Positions 28,297-32,000 of a DNA stretch of 32,000 nt are shown piece after piece. The DNA comes from a cyanobacterium endosymbiont of Epithemia turgida isolate EtSB Lake Yunoko (GTDB lineage: Bacteria; Cyanobacteriota; Cyanobacteriia; Cyanobacteriales; Microcystaceae), in NCBI RefSeq assembly GCF_000829235.1, contig NZ_AP012549.1, positions 450,001 through 482,000 on the forward strand, in the 5' to 3' direction. Position 1 is the first letter of the stretch, and every line of letters starts with the position of its first letter. A program made the position numbers and the translations under genes. Below the pieces are notes generated by a model, which did no database searches, had not been told where the DNA came from, and saw nothing but the letters and a program-made list of their open reading frames with translations.

Positions 28297-28689
28297 TTAG
28301 GCAGCCTGAGATATAAGATCATCGCTGTTTTTAAAATACTTTTCCATTCTACATTTTAAAAAGCTCGTCAACTGAGATAGTCTGTTTGTCTGGCAGAATA
28401 ATTCAATAGTTTTAAAATTTTTTCCTTCCCGATTAGTCAGAGCCGCTGTTTCAGCGTAACTTACTTCGAGATAAGTGAACCAATTACCAGAGTAATTAAA
28501 ATATTTTTTGGATTCTATAATTCGTCATTTTTTAGTTTCCCACACATGATTTTTATGAGTATAATCGCCGCCAGCTACAAAAAATCCATGAATACAACAA
28601 CTTCTTGTTCTGTCATGATAAATATTTTTAGTAGTTTCCTTTCGATAAGATAGAGTTATTTCACTAATAATTTTAGCTATTTTTTTCAT
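28297..28689 (-). pseudogene. 130-codon ORF of unknown function interrupted by a single TGA
   Basis: A hand-checked reverse-complement translation gives MKKIAKIISEITLSYRKETTKNIYHDRTRSCCIHGFFVAGGDYTHKNHVWETKK*RIIESKKYFNYSGNWFTYLEVSYAETAALTNREGKNFKTIELFCQTNRLSQLTSFLKCRMEKYFKNSDDLISQAA*. The same frame continues on both sides of the stop. The ATG start is at 28687-28689. Confidence 0.5.
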
Positions 28690-29511
28690 ATATATACTCT
28701 TAAAAAAAATATTTCTTATCTGTTTTACTTATAACACATCGGCAAAATTTATAGTTCTAAATAGTTAAGTGTAAATAAACCTATTTTAAATAGGATTAAA
28801 ACATAATTAGTCTATATATTTATAGTAGTTTTAAATTAAAATTTTTACCATAATAATAGTAGAAGAACTAATCAATTAACTTAAATATAAGTTTTCTAAG
28901 AACTAGTCTTTACTACAATTATTTTGATGGTTTTTAAAATTTATATATATTTAATTTTCCCCTACTTTCTGGATGTATCCAATTGTTTTTACTACTTTTT
29001 CGACCAGTTATGAGTTACGGCTTACCATAGATTAAAGCCCAATTAATCCAGATACTTGAAACCTTGAAACAAATTTATTCCACAATTTTGTGAAGTATCT
29101 CGTAGTTGTATCAACCCAAGTTTTTACACAGATGAATTGCTACGCGAACTCTCGAGGAAAAAATTTCAATTAAATGTCAATTATCTCTACCTTCTATACT
29201 ATTGTTGATAATCTAATCGCACTAGCTTTATCTTTTTTTTTGCTAAATTTTTCTAGCTTTAGTTAACTCAAATAAAGACCCTTCCTACTCCGAACTTGGA
29301 AATATTCTTAAATTAGAAGTTAAAATTAGTTAACCAAAGTCTTGATAACTAACTCTCTCAACACACTTTTCCTAAATAATCGCCTTCAAATATAAAACAT
29401 ATATTAACATAGTGCTGTTTGATTTATGTCCAACCACCTAATCCGAGCAAACAACAACAATCAATTTCATAACTTGATATAGTGAAATTACTAATGTGAA
29501 CAGAGACTACG

Positions 29512-30519
29512 GTGTCAGAACTGATGGGCTTATATTACCCTCTAGGATTTTTACTGGTCTTACTAGCGATAGGAATGATACTCTATCTAATAACCCCTCG
29601 TCGTTATCAGTCCTCCAACACAGTAGCTAAATCCTACGATGAATGGACTCAAGACGGTATTTTGGAATTTTACTGGGGAAAACATATCCACTTGGGTCAT
29701 TATGGTTCGCCACCTCGAAAGAAGGATTTTTTGACGGCCAAGTCTGACTTTGTAGATGAAATGGCCAAATGGGGAGGGTTAGATCAATTACCTCATGGCA
29801 CTACCCTTTTAGATGTAGGTTGTGGCATTGGTGGAAGCAGTTGTATTTTAGCCAAAGATTATGGGTTTAATGTAACAGGGATTACTATTAGTTCCCAACA
29901 AGTTAAACGTGCCCAGGAGTTAATCCCTAAAGGCGTTGATGCTAAATTTAAGGTGGACGATGCCCTAGCCCTTTCTTTTCCAGATAATAGTTTTGACGTG
30001 GTGTGGTCCATTGAAGCAGGTCCCCACATGGTAGATAAAGCCAAATATGCTCAAGAAATGATGCGAGTATTGAAACCTGGCGGCTTGTTGGTCGTAGCTG
30101 ACTGGAATCAAAGAGATGATCGCCAAAAGTCTCTTAATTTTTGGGAAAAACTTGTAATGCGTCAACTTCTAGATCAATGGTCTCATCCGGCATTTTCTAG
30201 TATTGAAGAGTTTTCCGAACTATTAGCAGAAACGGGATTAGTAGAAGGACAAGTGACAACAGCCGATTGGACACAAGAAACTCTTCCTTCTTGGTTTGAT
30301 TCTATTTGGCAAGGAGTTGTTCGACCTGAAGGATTATTTCGTTTTGGTCTATCGGGATTAGTTAAATCTCTGCGAGAAGTTCCCACTTTGTTATTAATGC
30401 GTATTGCTTTTGGTAGTAATCTGTGTCGATTTGGGATGTTTTACGCAATTAAAGTTAATTCTGAAAAAAAAATTAGTCAAAACCAACACGGAAGAAATAG
30501 TTCAAACTTAAGAAATTAA
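29512..30519 (+). CDS. 2-methyl-6-phytyl/solanesyl-1,4-benzoquinol (MPBQ/MSBQ) methyltransferase, Sll0418 type
   Basis: 335 aa with a GTG start. YDEWTQDGILEFYWGKHIHLGHYG, LLDVGCGIGGSSCILAKDYGFNVTGITIS, VADWNQRDDRQ and VTTADWTQETLPSW match my recollection of Synechocystis Sll0418 almost residue by residue. The C-terminus appears ~15 aa longer. Confidence 0.88.
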   Translation: MSELMGLYYPLGFLLVLLAIGMILYLITPRRYQSSNTVAKSYDEWTQDGILEFYWGKHIHLGHYGSPPRKKDFLTAKSDFVDEMAKWGGLDQLPHGTTLLDVGCGIGGSSCILAKDYGFNVTGITISSQQVKRAQELIPKGVDAKFKVDDALALSFPDNSFDVVWSIEAGPHMVDKAKYAQEMMRVLKPGGLLVVADWNQRDDRQKSLNFWEKLVMRQLLDQWSHPAFSSIEEFSELLAETGLVEGQVTTADWTQETLPSWFDSIWQGVVRPEGLFRFGLSGLVKSLREVPTLLLMRIAFGSNLCRFGMFYAIKVNSEKKISQNQHGRNSSNLRN

Positions 30520-30803
30520 TTGCCATCAATAAAAAGTAAAAGTTAATTGTAAGTAAGTGGACTAAAATACCGCTAAGACTAATGTACAAAACCGTTCCAT
30601 TGGTTATCGTTAAGAGATACAAAGGTCAAAGCTGACTCTAAACTTAGACTTTGATGTATTGTTTTATAGAGATTGTCCGCTTATAGTATCTATCAACTGA
30701 TCAAGTTTGTGTTATACAAAAACCGAAATGGATCTCTCCTTTAAAATGTTCTTATAGGAGATAATTTCCCTCGTCGACTACGATGATCTAGTACAAACCT
30801 GTG

Positions 30804-30850
30804 TTGACTTGATTCAGGTAAATGCTATGCTTCTACCTGAATCAAGTCAA
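30804..30850. repeat. perfect 17-bp inverted repeat with 13-nt loop between convergent genes
   Basis: TTGACTTGATTCAGGTA (30804-30820) / TACCTGAATCAAGTCAA (30834-30850). Three further G.U-compatible pairs flank it (GTG / TGT). There is no U-tract on either side. Confidence 0.7.
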
Positions 30851-31212
30851 TGTGGCCATGAGTTGTTTTGTAGCTGGAACCAAGCAGTGATAGTAAAACG
30901 AATCTTCAAGAGAAGAGTCATCGGACTGTACGTCAATTAAAAGACTATTAGGGTTTACTAATAAACTTCCTCAGTAATTAACATTTTTTTCTAAAAAAAA
31001 TTAGGCTTTTCTAGATACAGTTATGATCAATCAGGAGTTAGTAGTCTAGAAGGACTATGACTTTTTAGAAAACCAATAAGTTTGACTGAATTTAAATAGC
31101 TATACTCATAGGTTTAGACTTTGTTAAAATTACCTAGTAAACAGAGAAAATGGGGAATATTTCGATAAACTCACTGCCAAGTCAATCTCTTAGAGGATAA
31201 CCCTAAAAACAA

Positions 31213-32000
31213 TTATTTCTTATTTTTAAAATGAGCTTCCATGACCTGACGCACCATAGGGGCAGCCACCGACCCTCCACCCCCGCCGGAATGTTCAGCA
31301 AAAGCTACCACTACAATTTCTGGCTTATTATAAGGGGCATATCCCCCAAACCAGGCATGAACCTTCCCTGGAGGGGCTTCTGCAGTACCGGTTTTTCCTG
31401 CTGCAGGTGGTAAATTTGGCGAATTTAAGGCTTTTCCGGTTCCACTTGACACAACTGCCCGTAGTCCTTGTTTTAGGGTTATAATAGTGCTAGGTTTAAG
31501 ATTCATAGATGTTCGCCATTTACTCACATCTCCGTCTCCTTTTAAGAAATGGGGTTTGACTCGATAACCACCATTGGCAGGGACAGCAAACATAATGGCC
31601 ACTTGTAAGGGAGTTGCCTGAGTGAACCCTTGTCCAATAGACATATTCACTGTATCTCCATCAGTCCACCCCCAGCTGTAATTTTTTTGTTTCCAGGTAT
31701 CATCCGCAATTAACCCTCGTGCCTCTTCTTCTAACTCGATGCCAGTTTTGTCTCCAAAACCATAGTTACGCGCCCACTTAATTAAGGTTGTCCCTCCTAC
31801 CCCGCGTCCGATTTGTCCATGAAAGGTATTACTACTCCAGGCAATCGCCCGAACATAGCCCATCGGTCCAAATCCAGCCCGATTCCACTCCCCAAAGAAC
31901 GTTCCCCCAACATTGAGGTAAGCGAAAGTATTTAAAACTGTATTGGGGGGATATTTCTCTGTTTCCATTCCAGCAGTCGCCGTGACTATTTTAAAAAGTG
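31213..32000 (-). CDS. mrdA: penicillin-binding protein 2 (transpeptidase), C-terminal part; 5' end outside the window
   Basis: The minus frame stays open to base 32000 (...LFKIVTATAGMETEKY..., the FK of the SxxK active-site box is visible at the edge). KTGTAE (KTG box), SIGQG and HAWFGGYAP blocks are present. TAA stop at 31213-31215. Confidence 0.85.
   Translation of the reverse strand, partial: LFKIVTATAGMETEKYPPNTVLNTFAYLNVGGTFFGEWNRAGFGPMGYVRAIAWSSNTFHGQIGRGVGGTTLIKWARNYGFGDKTGIELEEEARGLIADDTWKQKNYSWGWTDGDTVNMSIGQGFTQATPLQVAIMFAVPANGGYRVKPHFLKGDGDVSKWRTSMNLKPSTIITLKQGLRAVVSSGTGKALNSPNLPPAAGKTGTAEAPPGKVHAWFGGYAPYNKPEIVVVAFAEHSGGGGGSVAAPMVRQVMEAHFKNKK

Noticed and set aside
28297-28689. 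The idea that the in-frame TGA is read as Trp (genetic code 4-like recoding in a reduced genome).
   Set aside because: TGA is the stop of several intact, well-delimited genes in this window (13101-13103, 13736-13738, selO at 26897-26899, and the 23814-24200 ORF). The standard code therefore applies, and the TGA is best read as a nonsense mutation.

Overview
This is an AT-rich cyanobacterial chromosomal segment. The phylum call rests on ndhN, an Sll0418-type MPBQ/MSBQ methyltransferase, a one-piece cyanobacterial-type tmRNA and a DUF3038/DUF4335-like gene pair. Coding density is very low. I can support 19 intact-looking CDS: the speE 3' end, a small EamA-like membrane protein, thrC, a Big_5/TolB-like membrane protein, ndhN, a VOC-fold protein, a DppB/OppB-type ABC permease, apt, two translationally coupled conserved hypotheticals, speH, glpK, a DRTGG/BioD-like protein, selO, the quinol methyltransferase, the mrdA 3' part and a few hypotheticals. 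There are also tRNA-Arg(ACG), tRNA-Gly(UCC) and tmRNA. Summing coordinates, these cover just under half of the 32 kb. The remainder is ORF-free, with some 60-nt lines carrying only 4-7 G/C. It contains recognisable gene relics with in-frame stops: an smc C-terminus, a PEP-utilising-enzyme mobile domain, a cobJ/cbiH tail, and a 130-codon unknown ORF broken by a single TGA. Weaker relics are a PBS-linker domain, sigma-70 region 4, a dppC-like permease, a TPR repeat and a porin tail. I found no CRISPR array, no intact mobile element and no convincing defence or biosynthetic island. The notable signals are: (i) the scale of gene erosion, which resembles an obligate-endosymbiont style reductive genome; (ii) decay of smc; (iii) a 4.6 kb AT desert; (iv) a diverged two-copy ~110-nt element with codon-like substitution phasing; (v) several long perfect inverted repeats and orphan terminators not attached to any intact gene. 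All identifications were made by eye from translations and remembered family motifs. None has been verified by a database search.
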